From NCBI RefSeq assembly GCF_009914755.1, contig NC_060936.1: 64,000 nucleotides of DNA, one strand, 5' to 3'. The position numbers were made by a program, and so were the translations under genes. The number at the start of each line of letters is the position of its first letter. The stretch's first letter is position 1. Shown here piece by piece: positions 19,480 to 34,209 of the stretch. The DNA is from the human T2T-CHM13v2.0 reference genome, Homo sapiens. A model generated the notes under the pieces. It made no database searches, was not told the origin of the DNA, and saw only the letters and a program-made list of their open reading frames with translations.

Positions 19480-19909
19480 TTAAGTGTGCTCTTTTAGTTT
19501 TACTATTAAACCATGAGTTATGATAACAATAACTGAGTAATCTACTTAGTAGACTCACTTTGTACTTATTTTTCAGCACCTATTTCATAAAACCAAGACT
19601 TTCTCAGTTTTCTCAAAAACACTGTTCAATTAAGCAACTACCAATTATGCTAATACAATTAAGTCACCCATTTCATCAAGTTAAATGAGTTAGAAAATAA
19701 ATCCCTCTAGGATGGGAAAGAACATGACAATAATAAAATGTAGGCAAATGAGTGTTTGGTTTCCTTCCAACTAAAAATACACAGTAAGCAGTAGGGTACA
19801 GGCCTGAAGGACAGGGAAAAGATCTGGGATGGTGACAGAAAATTGAATGTCATCAGCTCATTGATGGGACTTACCCAGAATCCTTTCATCTTATGGCTCA
19901 GTCATTCCC

Positions 19910-20290
19910 TATCCTCATCCATTGGTGCTGCAGTAACAGAATATCTGAGAAATAAACAACAGAAATTATTTCTCTAAGTTCTGGAGGCTGAAAAATCCAA
20001 GATCAAGATGCTAGCAGGTTTGGTGTCTGGTAAGGGCCCAGTCTCTGCTTCCGAGATTGCACCTTGAACACTGCATCTTCCAGAGGAAAGGACTGTTGTT
20101 CCTCATGTTGTAGAATAGTGAAGAAAAGCAAACTGACTTTTGGGAGACTTTTTTATAAGGGCATGAACCCATTCATGAGTGAATAGATCCTGAACATCTT
20201 CCATTAGACCCCCACCTGTCAATACTGTTGCAATGGGGATTAAATTTCCAGCTCATGAATTTTTAAAGGGAACACATTGAAACCATTACA
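19910..20290 (-). mobile_element. MaLR solo LTR (MLT1A/MST-like)
   Basis: aacaacagaaattatttctc...ttctggaggctg...ccaagatcaag...ttttataagggcatgaacccattcatgag. Confidence 0.85.
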
Positions 20291-20344
20291 TCCCCTAAAT
20301 TTGGAACTCTCAAATGTATTCCCTGAACCTGGACCCAAATAAGA

Positions 20345-20454
20345 TAGAATCATAGCATATAATCATAGAATCATAGAAAGAGAATCATAGCATAGAATCA
20401 TAGAAAGAGAATCATAGCATATAATTGTAGAATCATAGCAAGAGAATCATAGCA
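20345..20454. repeat. Minisatellite built on AGAATCATAG units
   Basis: About nine imperfect AATCATAG copies seen directly. Confidence 0.9.
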
Positions 20455-20974
20455 TGATGTTGGAGATGCTTTTAGATGCTAATAGCAGACATCACTTTTG
20501 TCTATATTCCGTAGGCCAGAAGTCAGTAATAATGCCCCCACCTAACTGCAAGGTGGCAAAGGAAAGTGGTCCATGTATGTATATATACAGAAGCAAAATG
20601 CAGTTTAATTTGGTAAACCTGTAGCAGTTTCTGCCATACAAGTACAACAGCATAGATTATTCAAGAAACCTCTCCATAAAGTGGTAGAGGAAGAGGGCAT
20701 GAAAGAAAAGCCAATATCCACCTTTCCACATATTAATTGGCTTTCTTTTCAAAAACCAAAATTAGTCTTAACAGACAAAAAAAGATTACTAGCTAACTAC
20801 TCCAGTAAGAATCATCATTTTAATAGACATCCTCTAAAAATGTCTTTGACTTTTGTCCAAAAATTTTACAAATAATTCCAAGAGATTTAACCTATGGGTA
20901 CATTTTGTAACCAGGTTTTTTTTTTTTTCTGGAGGGCTCATTATTAAGATATTTATGTAGCCATGGTATACGAC

Positions 20975-21830
20975 TGGCATCTCAGCTCAAGAAATTCAAA
21001 ACTGAATTCAATATTCCTACCCTCTACCATTTCAATTCTTTCACCCACCATTCCCAAACTTTTAAAAATACACAATGCCCTAGTTTACAGCCATTACTAA
21101 GATATCCAACACAGAAAATCTAGAAGACATTATTCTTACCCAATAATCTTTATTTACTTATTTCTTAAGTCTTGATTCTCTTTTCTCATAAATTTGTCTT
21201 TAAGTTGTCCTTTCCTTTCTACTTTATAGCTAGCACCTTTGGTATCATCTACTTGGACTATCACTACCGCTTCCAGGCTGTTTTCCTTCACTTTCATTCT
21301 TACCTATCCCCAGTCCATCCATCCTCCACACTGCTCTCAGAATAATCTACACATGTAACAACTTGATCCCAAACTCATAAAGTCAGCTCCAGGTCATGGG
21401 TAACCTCCAGCTGGTTAGCATAATTTCTTAATTCCAGTTTCCTCTTTTCTTATGACAGAGTTTAGAATTAGGGTATGAGATCCATGTTAAGAGAGAAAAT
21501 CCATTCTCTCTTAACATGACTTGGCAATGGAGCTTCATAGTTTCCACTCTGCCTATCTCCCACCTCATCTTGTAAGCCTTTCTACATCCAAATATAATCT
21601 TTCTTTTTATTATTCTCAAGTAGTTACTCAAATTCTCAAATCTTTCATGCCCTGATGACTTTGCACACAGTTTTCCAACTTCTTGAAATGCAGTTGTTCC
21701 CTTGTCTGTCTATATAGAATCCTTTAGGACTCAGCTCAAGATTTTATCCTCTTTGAAGATGTCTCTGACCTTGGCTCCCTTGTACACATCTACAATACAG
21801 TTCTTAACATATTTCATACTTTACTTGACC
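20975..21830 (+). mobile_element. L2 fragments (approximate)
   Basis: Pyrimidine-rich L2-like motifs (ccagtccatccatcctccacactgct; tttgcacacagtt; atcctttaggactcagctca). Confidence 0.5.
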
Positions 21831-21879
21831 ATTTCCCTTCCTTCACTTGAAGATACTTCTTCACTTCAAGATACTTAGA

Positions 21880-22430
21880 GCTACAAGTAACAAAAAAAAA
21901 AAAAAACCCTGATTCAACTGGTTTACAATTATATGAAGAATTAATTATTTTATCTCACATAACAAGAAGCTCTTCAGTAGTGTGGTTCCAAAGTTTATTA
22001 TTGCAGCAGCTCACTGATGATGTCATAACCTAATTTCTTTCCACCTTTCTGCTGTGCCATCCTCACCATGTTGACTTGTCCTTAGTCTACTTCACATCAT
22101 TGTTACAAGAAGATTGACACAATGGGTCTCACATCCATACATGATTCCATGCAGCAAGAGTAAAGAGAATGTCTCTTCCTCAGTTAGAAAATTTTTCCAT
22201 AAACCCCAAAGCTGAGTTAACTTCTCATATTATTTGCCAGAATTGGGTCCCTTATCATGAACCCATCATATGACCAGATGGCAATCTGATGACTCAGCTT
22301 ACATGATTGGTTTAGCATATTCAGAATTTATCTCTAAACTGGTCATCTTCCTCTAAGGTTTTTGATATCTGAATAAAAGCAGATTCTTTTTGCAGACATT
22401 AAGGGGAGAGTAGATTTGGTATAGACAAAC
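21880..22430 (-). mobile_element. Old MaLR LTR (MLT1J/K-like)
   Basis: caagtaaca...tctcacataacaagaag...ctctttccacctttctgctgtgccatcc-like motifs. Confidence 0.5.
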
Positions 22431-25400
22431 CCTATGTTTCTCTTCTGCACTGTGAGGACAAAACTTAACCATCTATCCTTAACATAGAACATTGCACACA
22501 GTATACAATTCATTCAATACCTATTGAATGAATAAAAATAATCACACCACATACATGTGTATTGCCTACAGGTTAATTTACCTTGACTACTATCCTTAGA
22601 ACAGCAGGTAATCAGAACAAGTCATATTACAAAAGATGTATTTTTCTCTTTTAAAAAAATGGACTCTCTAGCTCTCTGGAATTGGGTGAAGTTGAGTTAA
22701 ATGACTTACAGAATAATCTGACGTTCTGAATAAGGGTTTTTGAAACAGTATCAAGTGTTACATTGATCCCGTTCATAGTGTGAGTTGTTTTGTACTGATT
22801 TAAAAACGATGTTTATTTTAACCCTGATTGAAAATGTAAGGCTGCATCTAGTTATCTGGCAAAAAAGTGTTTTCTGGGGAGGCCTTGTTAAGCAACCACT
22901 TACCATCTTTTAAAATACAATTTTCTGCATTGAGATTCTCTATGAGCATTGGGGAATTACTAAACAGTTTCTGATTTTTTCTGGCTTCTCTATTCTCCAC
23001 TTCTATTTTGTTTCCCAGGGCTGTGAAGACTCAGAGTTCTCTGTATTTTGTATTAGTTAATGGATAAGGCTTTTACTTTCAGGCTCCATCTTAATTTTTT
23101 GTATCTTTGTTCATGAAAAGATTGCTCCTTGAAAATGTTGAATGGGGATTTTTCTTGCTTTTCTTCTAATTCAATTTTATACTTCATTTGTATACAATTA
23201 ATATTTATAAGAAAATGACAGTTACTTTCTTGTTTATTGTCTAAAGAACTTCAGATGTGTTGCTTTTAGTGTAACAAAACCAAGACTTGGATATTACAAT
23301 CAAACACTTGTTACATTTAATAACTTAGAATTCTTGTACTTGCTTTGGTATGTATGATTTATTTTTGACCAATGAAAAATGAACAGCTTCCACAAATAGT
23401 GACTCTTTAGACTTGACAGTCTACCTGATACACTAACCACTCTTGACAGAATGTCAGATAATTGGGTTATCTTGCTTGGGTTTAGTTATCTGAAGTTGTT
23501 AAAGGGAAGAACCCTAATGTATGTGTCACTTTCCTTTTTAAATTGGGCACTAGGCCCATATGTTCCTGAGAGTTCTGTAAATGTCATTAATTTACCAAAA
23601 TGGTGGAACTTCTGTTTTCTTCCAACTAAAATTTATGATTATTTTTAAAGAGGCTGCTGCTCAATAAAATGTTGACATAAATTGATTGATGATGCTGAAA
23701 ATTACACAAGACAGTCTAGATAATCAATTACTAGATATTATAGGGACAGCTGCATAAGTAGACTGGTAGACGTCAGTGAACAGAAGCAAGAAACTGCCTA
23801 GGAAGCGTATTGAGGAAAGAGAGTTTTATGTTAGTCATTCATTCTTTAATTCAAATATCTATTCTCCCAGTTTTTGTTGACTGCCTGCTATGCACATAAT
23901 AGATAACGCTTGCAGAGGAAATAGAAAATATAAACAAGTTATAATAAACATGGATTAAGCAATATGTGTTTTTTTAAAGTATTCTAGCTATTTCAGGCAG
24001 CTACCACAAACACTAGAGTCATTTTTCCAACCCTTTTGTCTCAATAAATTAATTTTAAACATTTTATTTAGTGATTTTCAAGTCTTCCTTGACTGGATTG
24101 TAAACCTGAATTCAATGTATTTATTAACAATTATTTATTCTTAGACATAATTGTGTCAAGTGTCTACAGACCCCTTTCCAGGATCAAGAAATTTCAAGAA
24201 CTGAATTGGTGATCAGACGGTGACTTGGATAATCTTCTGGAAAATTTTGCTGTTCTTTCTCTGCTATAAAGAAAGGAATACTAAGGTTTAAGGTTAAACA
24301 GTAGACTCCAGTGTGGCTCTGACTGAGAGAGTGTTGCTAAGAATTCTAATCATCTAACTTTTCTGCTTTGACTACTCCTTCTTGTCTTGACAAGATTGTC
24401 TTATGGTACACGTAGTATAGTTAATGCTAGACACTATGGTAGTCATTTCAAATATTACTTCATTAACTGACAACAATTCTTTAGTCTCCATTTCTCTGAA
24501 AAATATTAATACTCAGAGATGCTAGGTATACAGAGCTATAAAGAAGAAGAGCCAACATTTGATCCTGTGCCTCATACATTAGTACCCATCACTCTACTTA
24601 CATATTATGAAAGCTATAAAAATAACAATAAAAGATAGAATAATGTAATAGAGGGAGAACAAGATTTGGAGAAAAACATACTTGAAGAAAAATTTCAACT
24701 CAGGCCTCTCCTAAGCTGGGTAGCCCTTGAAAAATTATTCGACCTCCCTGATCATCAATTTTATTACCTATACAAGAAATACAATTGGGCTTAACACAGT
24801 TTTTATTAAACATATATATTGCATAATATATATAATACGTATTTATACCTTCAAGAATATGTTTTTGGAGTCATTTAGAAAGGATAAGAAGTATCACCAA
24901 AGTTTCAGTTCCCAAGGTTATATCACAGATTACTAATGACATGGAATTTGGATCTCAGATTCCTGACATTTGACTCCTGACTCCTACCATTGCATTGCTC
25001 TTCTTGTCTTATCCTAATTGCAAATTTAAAATTTAAGTTTAATAACAGAGTTTGAAATGAGTAAAAGGAGTAGTAGAAAAATCACTGTATAAACAAACCA
25101 GTTTATGGGCCTGTTAAGAAAAGTTTCTGAAACATGCTAAGTGTCAGAACAAGTTGGAAATATGTGTGTCATTTAGTGTCAGAGAAATTTAACATACAGA
25201 GAAATCTAACAAAAGTCACAGATCGCCAGTTGATACATGTTTTTGCATTTCAATAGCCAACACATATTTCACTCACATCCCTCATCTGCCTGCTAGTATA
25301 ATACAGATCAAGAAAGTACAAGTAAAATTCTTCATCAATTTCTTAGTTCTTTTAAAGCGTTATTTAATGTATTAACCTTATTACATTGACGTTACTATTC

Positions 25401-26194
25401 ACACTGAAATAGAGTTGAGTGTTAGAAACTCCACCTCTGACTTCTTCAAGTTCATCAGACCACTCCATAATTTGACTTGCTTTCCCACCAACTTTCTGAG
25501 CCACTCATGTATGTATCTGGGGTAATTTCTTTTAGCACTCCGTGTATATAACAAGTCACTTGCAAAATGTCTCATGAATCAATACCCTTTCTTTATCTCC
25601 ACTAAACCTTTAACTCAGTATGACATCATTTCCTTACTGCTAGTGCTATGTTTTTTTACTCTGTCTGCCTCATTCAAGATTCTATCCATACCACGTCATT
25701 CTCCATATTGCTTTAAAACTAAACAATGATTTTGCAATGTCTATAGCATAAAGATCAAATTTATTAATCACACACCATGTATAATGAATCACAGGATACA
25801 TTTGTAAAATACGTTTATTTTATTATCAACTGGTTCCAAAGCAACCAGTTTGTGTTTCACATATGAAAATATTGTTATCCTCTTTAATTCATAAAGTAGT
25901 AGTTAATAGTTTAGGATCTACCTCACTGTACCTGGATGCAAACCTGTTTCTACTATTTATTAGGTGTCTCACTTTAAGCAAGATACTTAATTTTTACAGG
26001 ACTCATTTTTCTCAGGCACTAAAAATTAGAATAATAATATTTACTTTCAGAAGGTTATAGTAAGAACTAATGCAGTATGGGGCCACGGTGTTGGATAGCC
26101 GTGTGAATTCAACCAGGAGTCATGCAGGCTTATATCTGTAAGAGTTATAAGAGTTATAATCCTGTCCCATAGGAAGAGCTTGTTCACCAAAAAA

Positions 26195-27580
26195 AAAATA
26201 TTTATTGAGCACCTTCCATGAGTTAAGCCACATTGTAGTCTTCAGGGATATAGCAATGAATAAAAGAGACAAAAAACCCAGTCCTTCCTTATGTAGCTTT
26301 TAAGAGAAATAAAATCCATACTTGTAAGGCATTGATAAGTACTAGGGAGAAAAATAAAACAAGTAGGAAACATAAAAAGTACAAGGGTCAGGTAGTTGCA
26401 ATTTTAAGCTGGGGAAGCAAGAAAAGGCCTTATTAAAAAGGTGACATTTGAAAAAGACCTCAGTGAAGTAAGAGAGTGAACCGCCTATGTATCTGAAGGA
26501 AGAGGATGCCAGGAAGAAGTAATAGCGTGTGCAAAGGCATTAAGGTGTCTATTTGGGGTGTTGGGAGGACAACAATGGGGCTAAGGTGGCTGGGTTAACT
26601 TGAATGAGGGGAAGACTAGTAGTAGATGAGGTTACAGGGGGAAAGAGTAGGGGTAAGGGCAGGTTATATAAAAATTCCTAGGCATTATTAGAATATTAGC
26701 TTTAATCCAAATGATTAGAGGGCTCTGAGAAGATGAAAGGCACAATTTGGCTTATATTATCAAGAGATCAGTTTTGATCTATTGAAGTGTGAAGTAACTA
26801 TTGAACATTTTCATCTGGGCTAGAACTAAAAATGAGAAAATTATCAACATATACGTAAGGTTCAAAGCCACATTAACAGAGAAGGTCATAGGAGAATGAA
26901 TACAAATAGAAAGGAAAAGAAGTCCAAATATTTAGTGGTAACGCCAACATTTTAAAAATCAAAGAGATAAAGTAGAACCAAAAAAGAAAACTGAAGAGAA
27001 GCAGTCAGGGATATAAAATATAAACCAAGTGAGCATGGAATTCTGTAACACTATATAAAGCATCAAAAGAGAGATGTGATCACCTGTGTCAAATGCTACT
27101 GGTAGGTCAAGTAAAATTGAGATCTGATTAGCACCATAGAGGTCATTGGAGGTCATCAAAAAAGCACTTTCAATCGAGTAGAGGTAAAACCTGATGGGAA
27201 TATATTGAAGAGTGAAAAGGAGAGCTATTAAAAACAATTATTTTAGGAGTTTTGCTAGGAAAGGGAAGAGAGAAATGTGGTAATGGTTGAAGAGGGACAT
27301 GGTCTATGAAAAGAGTGTTGCTTCTTTGCTTTTACAATAGGAAAAATTGCTTTTTAAATATACTGGTGGGAAAAATCAAATAGAGAGGGCAACATTGATG
27401 AGACGGAAGAAAGAATTTCTGGTGCAAAATCCTTGAGTAATGATAGGGTGTGATATCTGTAGCACAGGAAGATTGGTACACAAAGTCCATACATAGTAAG
27501 AGGAGAAAATGAAGAGTGGACTGGAACAGGCGGGTGGGTGCATGTGGTGGTAGTTGCCTGTAGAGTGAAGGAAGCAAAGT
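26195..27580 (-). mobile_element. L2 LINE fragments
   Basis: atatttattgagcacc 3' end, aggtgacatttga, tgtgcaaaggc, tgtgtcaaatgctact. ORF 26959-27237 retains the L2 RT-like remnant ILLDLPVAFDTGDH. Confidence 0.75.
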
Positions 27581-28745
27581 CATCTTCTCATGACTGTGTC
27601 TGGGCCTCTTTGTTTTCTGTATGCAACAAACTCAGAATCACTTATAGTAATAGAGAAGTCTAAGATTTCCCAATGAGACAACAAAGGACAAACCAGCAAA
27701 GCAGATGACAAAAACAAGATAAAAGTAGGGGTACAATGTGCTATAGACAGAAGTGCATCCTGGAGTCTCAAGTGTCAAATGCAGCATTGTGAATCATTCT
27801 ATTTAAACTTCTGATTTAACTGTTCTTGAAGCTTTGTTTTCTTTTAATTTCCTACGTCTATCTGTGTATTTTTCTTATTCAAATGAAGATATAAAAATAT
27901 GAAACTTTAAAAATAAAAGTTTAATTCAGTAGTGAGGCTGAATTAAACTTAGAATAGAAATTAGTATTTCTATTAAGGGGATGAAAACATTGACCAATAT
28001 TAGCAGCATTTATGATCTGCACTATAGTAATATAGGAATATGCAATTAGAATTTAATATACAATATGTTTTTGCATCAATGATATTTAAATGAAAGATAT
28101 ATTGATATGAATAATCACTATAGCTTTTCTCTAACTGACAGTATTAACCCCAAAACTATGAGAAATAACTCTATTAACCTCACCCAGACAATGAATGTAC
28201 TCACTGAGTGTGGAATACTGTAAAATATGCACTGGACCAATTTCACAAACATGAATATTATTGTCTGTCCTCAAAAAGTTTACATCTTCCTTAGAAGAAT
28301 AAGAAAAATATAAATAAGCAATCAAATCTGAAAAGAACATTTATAAAGTAATATTGCAATAATGGCATGATAATTACAATAGCCCTCAAGGAAAGAAAAA
28401 TAAAAATATCTTTCGATTTGGAGGAGATTAGTTGAGGTGAATTCTTAGAAGAGGGGTTTTGAAACAGTATTTTGAGGAGATGACAGATAAGAGTAAACTG
28501 AAAAGATTCCAAGAACGAACTCATACAAATATAGAGAGGCTAAAAGGAGAGAGGAGTAGCCATATTATGTTTCTAAAACAGGACTCATTGTAAGGATGAA
28601 TGTGAAAAAGAGTTCCAAGTTATAACATTATAATTCTTCAGATATTAACAACATTTACAATTGATTAAAATATTTAAGAGTATACCTTTTAAAATGATTA
28701 GAAAATTATGCATCTTTTTATGCATACATTTTTATATAGACTTGA

Positions 28746-29120
<375 letters not shown>

Positions 29121-30859
29121 TGATTACCTGGAACCTAAACTGATCTTACAAATTAAGAAATAGAATTAGCATTCAGAAAGCATAAGAGTACCTACTCTGT
29201 ACATGGTGCTGTCTGTGTGTGTGTGTTTGTGAGTGTATGTATGTATGTGTGTATGTTTATGTATATATAATTTTTCACAAGTAATAAAAAATATCAGTAT
29301 ATTTATTTAATTTGAGACTTTCATTCAATGTGATGTGAATGTATTGTACTTTTATTTCATACCCTATTATGGCTTTAAAGTTTTTTTTTCATTTTACAGC
29401 ACACAGGAAATGAAAAACCACTTCTTTTGTTATATCTTTGTTTACAGGAATTTCTGAAAAGTAAAATGTGTACCCTTTTATTTCTGTAATCACCGAAAAA
29501 CTCCTTCTATATGTATCAGAAGAAATGTTATTAAAAAGTTAAAATTTTGGTTAAAAAAACAAAGAGAACAACTGAATGGGACCTAATGAACAGAAAATTC
29601 TTTCACGGAAAAGTGATACCATGATAATAAGAAAATGGACAATTGCTAAATCAAAATGAGTAAATACTAAAGTCTATCTCTGATCTGTTACCATTCACTA
29701 ACTTTAATAATTGTTGTATATGCCATCTCTAATCATTTAGACATTAGAAAGATTCTCTAAAAATTGGATTGCCAAAATATTTATAGAAAGCATCTTAGAG
29801 TGTAACGACCCTTCTCCTTGACGCCCAAGAATTATTCACACAGTTGCCACTTCAACATTCCCAATTCATAAAGCATTATATAACTATGCAAATACTCCAG
29901 GCCTGACTCATGCTCTCGTGTATTGAGTGTATTTTATCTGGCAAGAAACAAATATTGGCTTTCTTCTTGTCAATCAGAGAGTGCCAAGGCACTATTCTAT
30001 TACAAAATAAATATGTAAACAAATCAATGAATATTAAAGTTCCCATTCCAGTAAAATCTATACACCCATTCTCCTCCAAACACACTATAAGCCATCTTCC
30101 CTCTATAATGTTATGTTTGGCATTCAGTGCCCTTTCCTGGAACGGCCACCCCTGTCTTTACCTCCTGGGCCTTTAGTAGTCTTATCAGTAGTATGAAGTC
30201 TCACCTGAACAACTCCAATCTTGAGAATTTCCAACTCTGCTGAAATCCTGTATCATATTTTGTCTTTATCAATTGTTTGGTATTTATGTTTTTAGTCTTA
30301 CATGTATGTCTGCATCTTACGAATTCTCACACTTAGCCTAATATATTTAGTAAATACTTATCAGTATTTTTATTGAATTGGAGCTGCAAAATCAGGCAGA
30401 CCACAAACTTAATGGTGGTTTTGACCTTTCCTTGCTGAATAATCTTAAATTCCCTGAAGTTCAGTTTCCATACTGTAGAATGCGGATAATAGTAATTATA
30501 TCCTGAATATAACAATTAGTCAATAAATGGTGGTGGTGCTGTTGCTGCTGATGATGATGACAAATAACAACAATATCAACAATGACTATTTTTTTCTTTC
30601 ATTCTTTTCCTTCAGTGGGATTGAACTGATTTGACGTTTTATCTAACATAAACTGGATACTTTTAATTATTCTTTGTATTAAAAATATTTCTGAGTCCCT
30701 TCGTTTCAGCCAAACCCAAAGAATCCATTCAGGTTATGTCCTAAGTTTGATATGTTCATACACATTCTCTATCACAGTGGATGCTTTTGTATAATTTTAG
30801 TACAATTATGTTCAGTTTTTGTCCTTACCCATAATTAAAACTATATGATACTTGCCAAA

Positions 30860-31960
30860 AAAGAACACTGCCAAATAAGATCAATGAAGCAGAAAAGACC
30901 AGAAATATACTTGATTATCTTCAAGAATTTATAGTTTTTCAAAAAATTTTAAATCAGTGGAGGAAAGATCGATTATTTAATGAATGGTGTTTGGATGGCC
31001 AGCTGAGGGGAAAAAAATGGATCCAAAGCTAGTACAAGCCAGATATTTAAAAAATTAGAAGAGAGAAACAATGAAAATACCAAAAGAAAAATTCAGAGAC
31101 TTTTTTATATTAGGAAAATACTTTTTAATAAATAGGTGTTGTATATCATCTTTTCAGTGGTGAAGAATTAATTTCTTTAATTAACACAGAACCCCTACAA
31201 ACCCATAAAAGTGGTTTAAGAATATAAGCAAGTAATTCCATTAAAAATATATACTGTGTATGGTTCTTAAACACAAGAATTGGTATTCAACTTGAATTAT
31301 AAAATATAATCATATACTGCTTTCACCTATCAGATTGGCAAAAATTAAAAAAAAAAATTGGTGGCAGCCTACTAGTGAAAATGTGGGGAAACAGAATCGC
31401 AAATTGAAGATGGAAGTTTAATTGTTAAAATGTTGTGGAGGTTTGTTTATCAGTTATCTTTTACATTTTAAAATACATGTATTTTCACAAAGCAATTTTG
31501 CTTTTAAATGCTAATTACAGATCTACTAAGATATGTGCAAAATGATGCATGTATGATAATATTCATGGTAGTTTTGGTGGTAAAAAAAATGAAAACAAAT
31601 ACTCATCAATGTAGAATTGGTAAAAAGATTTTGTTATACTCATCCAAATAAAATCTTATTTACTTTAGAAAGCACTCTACATGCTAACTGTAAACCATCC
31701 CAAGATGTATTATTACATTTCAAAAGCAATATGCAGTCTGTGTGTATAATATTCTACTATTCACGTAAAAGAAATATTTATTTACTTACCTTGAGTGCAA
31801 TTGCATAGAACATCTCTGAATGGATACAAAAGAAACTAGGTGCAATCTTTTTAACGAGGGGAAAATGGGCACAGAGAGAGGAGGACTGGAGACTTAATTT
31901 TCATTGTAGTCTCATTTGCATCTTTCGGATTTTGTAACCTAGATACATTGCCTATTTAAA
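30860..31960 (+). mobile_element. Old L1ME 3' region (approximate)
   Basis: Degenerate L1 ORF2-end motifs (tttcacctatcagattggcaaaaatt; aatggtgtttgg; gcaattttgctt). Confidence 0.6.
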
Positions 31961-32136
31961 AGAGTAAGAAAAGTAGATAATTTTTGAAAACCCTATAATT
32001 AGCCATGTTTTGAGAGCAACAGCAACAGACTGTATAATCTCCCCATATCTTTTTATATAAACACAGAATTTAGACCCTGCCAATCTGCCACTTAATTATT
32101 TTAATCATATGGAAGGGAATGAACTTGAAGATGATC

Positions 32137-32561
32137 TTGCCAGATGTCTTCTGTTTGCCTCTTAAGACCCACTCCACCATTTCCCTGCCCCTGCCCTGGA
32201 GGTTCACCTCCGTGGACAACATTCAGAGTCTCTCTTGCCCCTGGCTTTTGGTTGGATAAGCCAATTGGCAGTCTCAGCAGGAGATTACAGGGAAAAAAAG
32301 AGAGTTCATGGTATGTATTCTCTGCCTCCCTAACTGTGGGACTCTCCTTCATTTGGCTGTGTCTTCACTGTTCCCTTCATGGCCGCTGACTCATTCCTGA
32401 AGTCCCACACCTCAGGCCTCAGTGCTAACAGTATCACTGTCACTGGCCCCAATGTACCACCCATACCGTGTGATTTTTCTCCCTGCAACCTTTTTTAACA
32501 GTCCCATTAAACCTTCCTCAAGTTGTTTGAATGGTGCATTTTCTGTTTAGACCCTGTTACA
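32137..32561 (+). mobile_element. ERVL solo LTR (LTR33-like); strand tentative
   Basis: tgccagatgtcttctgtttgcc...tctcttgcccctggctttt...agcaggagatt...cccattaaaccttcctca. Confidence 0.55.
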
Positions 32562-34209
32562 GTGGAGGAAGCAGCTATTGTTGTTGTTGTTTTGCTATAA
32601 TTAACATAGGAATGATTAAAAGTGAATATTTAATCATTGGCATGAACCATGCACAAAAGCATAGTTAGAAGTTTTATATTAACTTCAAGAGAATATGTAT
32701 GTCAAAATAGAGTCTTTATTCAAAATGAAGGGCACTCTGTTTTGTCTACTTCTGTATATATACAGTCTACTGGTTTCAAAGGCCTTTTTCCTTCACTTTT
32801 TTCTTCTTTTAAATTTGATTGCTAGGCATCTCGCTATTTAATGCCACACACGCTATAAAATAGAGAGTAGAAAGAGTCCGATGAAATTCTTTTATTTAGA
32901 AGAGATGAAAATATATTGATATTTCCTTATAGGTGGTGATCTTATACTTCTGTTTCTTCCCACTGCTCCAAGCTACTTCACCTTTGTTCAAAGGTTGAAT
33001 ACAGATATTGAACTAAATATTGTAATAACTTCCTCATGATTAATATAAGAATAGTCATGTTACCCCTATTTGGTTCGTGTGTTAGATGATCACTTTTTAC
33101 TCAGGGCCACGTGATATTATGAACCACGAGTGGCAGTTCCACAATATGCAGCAATTGACAGTGGCCCTTTTTGCTTGTGCCCAGTTAGGTAGATTTGTGT
33201 TATTCTGAATGGCAGGAACACTACAAGACTTTTTAATAAATAGAAAGTAACCATGACAGATTTTTGTCCAGACAGATGTTCAGTGGTTATCTTGTGACAG
33301 AACACTCAAACAAGTTGTCAAACTTAAGAATGATTTTTGCATTTTCTTTTTAAAATAAAAGTTTCAAATTTGCAGCCTTTCTTGTGATGTCTAGTGGGTT
33401 GCCACCTGGCATATATCCTATTAACACACAGATACACGCACTTCATGTCAGGTGCCCCTTCAAGATAAAGGTAATTTTTCACGGTAATGGAAAAGCAAAT
33501 ATTATTTGTTCTGAATATGTTACGAGGGAGTATTCTGAAAATGTTATGTTTGTTTGGATATGTTTTCATAACTACCTGGATTTGTTAATTAAAAATATGT
33601 AAAAATATTACCTGAAAAAAATCTTTTATCGTGTACTTTTAAACCTTGGAGACAAAATTTTCTATTCTGTCGTAGAATCTTTCAAATAATGAATTTAAAA
33701 GTATAAAGGTGCAACAGCTTCCACTAGTATGAAAGAACAACTGATAGCTATTGAGTAATATTGAAAATGTTAAGCAAAATTGTTAAAAATGTTTGCTTAA
33801 CTGTTGGATGGTATTATTTAAAAGTATTATCATTGAGAATACATCAATAACATTAATGCAGATTATGGGGGATTTCCTCCACTTGGGTCTCTGCATCTTT
33901 GTGATAGATTCTTCCTGGCAATGAAGCTAAGGAAATCAAATATTGGAATGAGACCTCAGTAGTGTAAAATGTAAACTAAGGTCCTAAAATGTAACGAAGA
34001 ATATTCAATAACATAACTCTCACTAAGTAGTATTAATTAATAATAATTGTTAGAGCAAAAAGTGCTTTTTTGATTAAAACATACAATAAAATTATTTTTG
34101 AATAGTATTTCCTCTCTCTTACTCTTTTTAATTTGATTTCAGTTTGTGTATGTTTTGTAATGGAATATATTAGTATGAAAGAATATACCTATAATTCATT
34201 TCTGTTTGT

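Noticed and set aside
20345-20454. Repeat arrays here and at 11910-12032 and 63386-63457 as CRISPR-like
   Set aside because: Primate DNA, no regular unique spacers and no cas-like genes.
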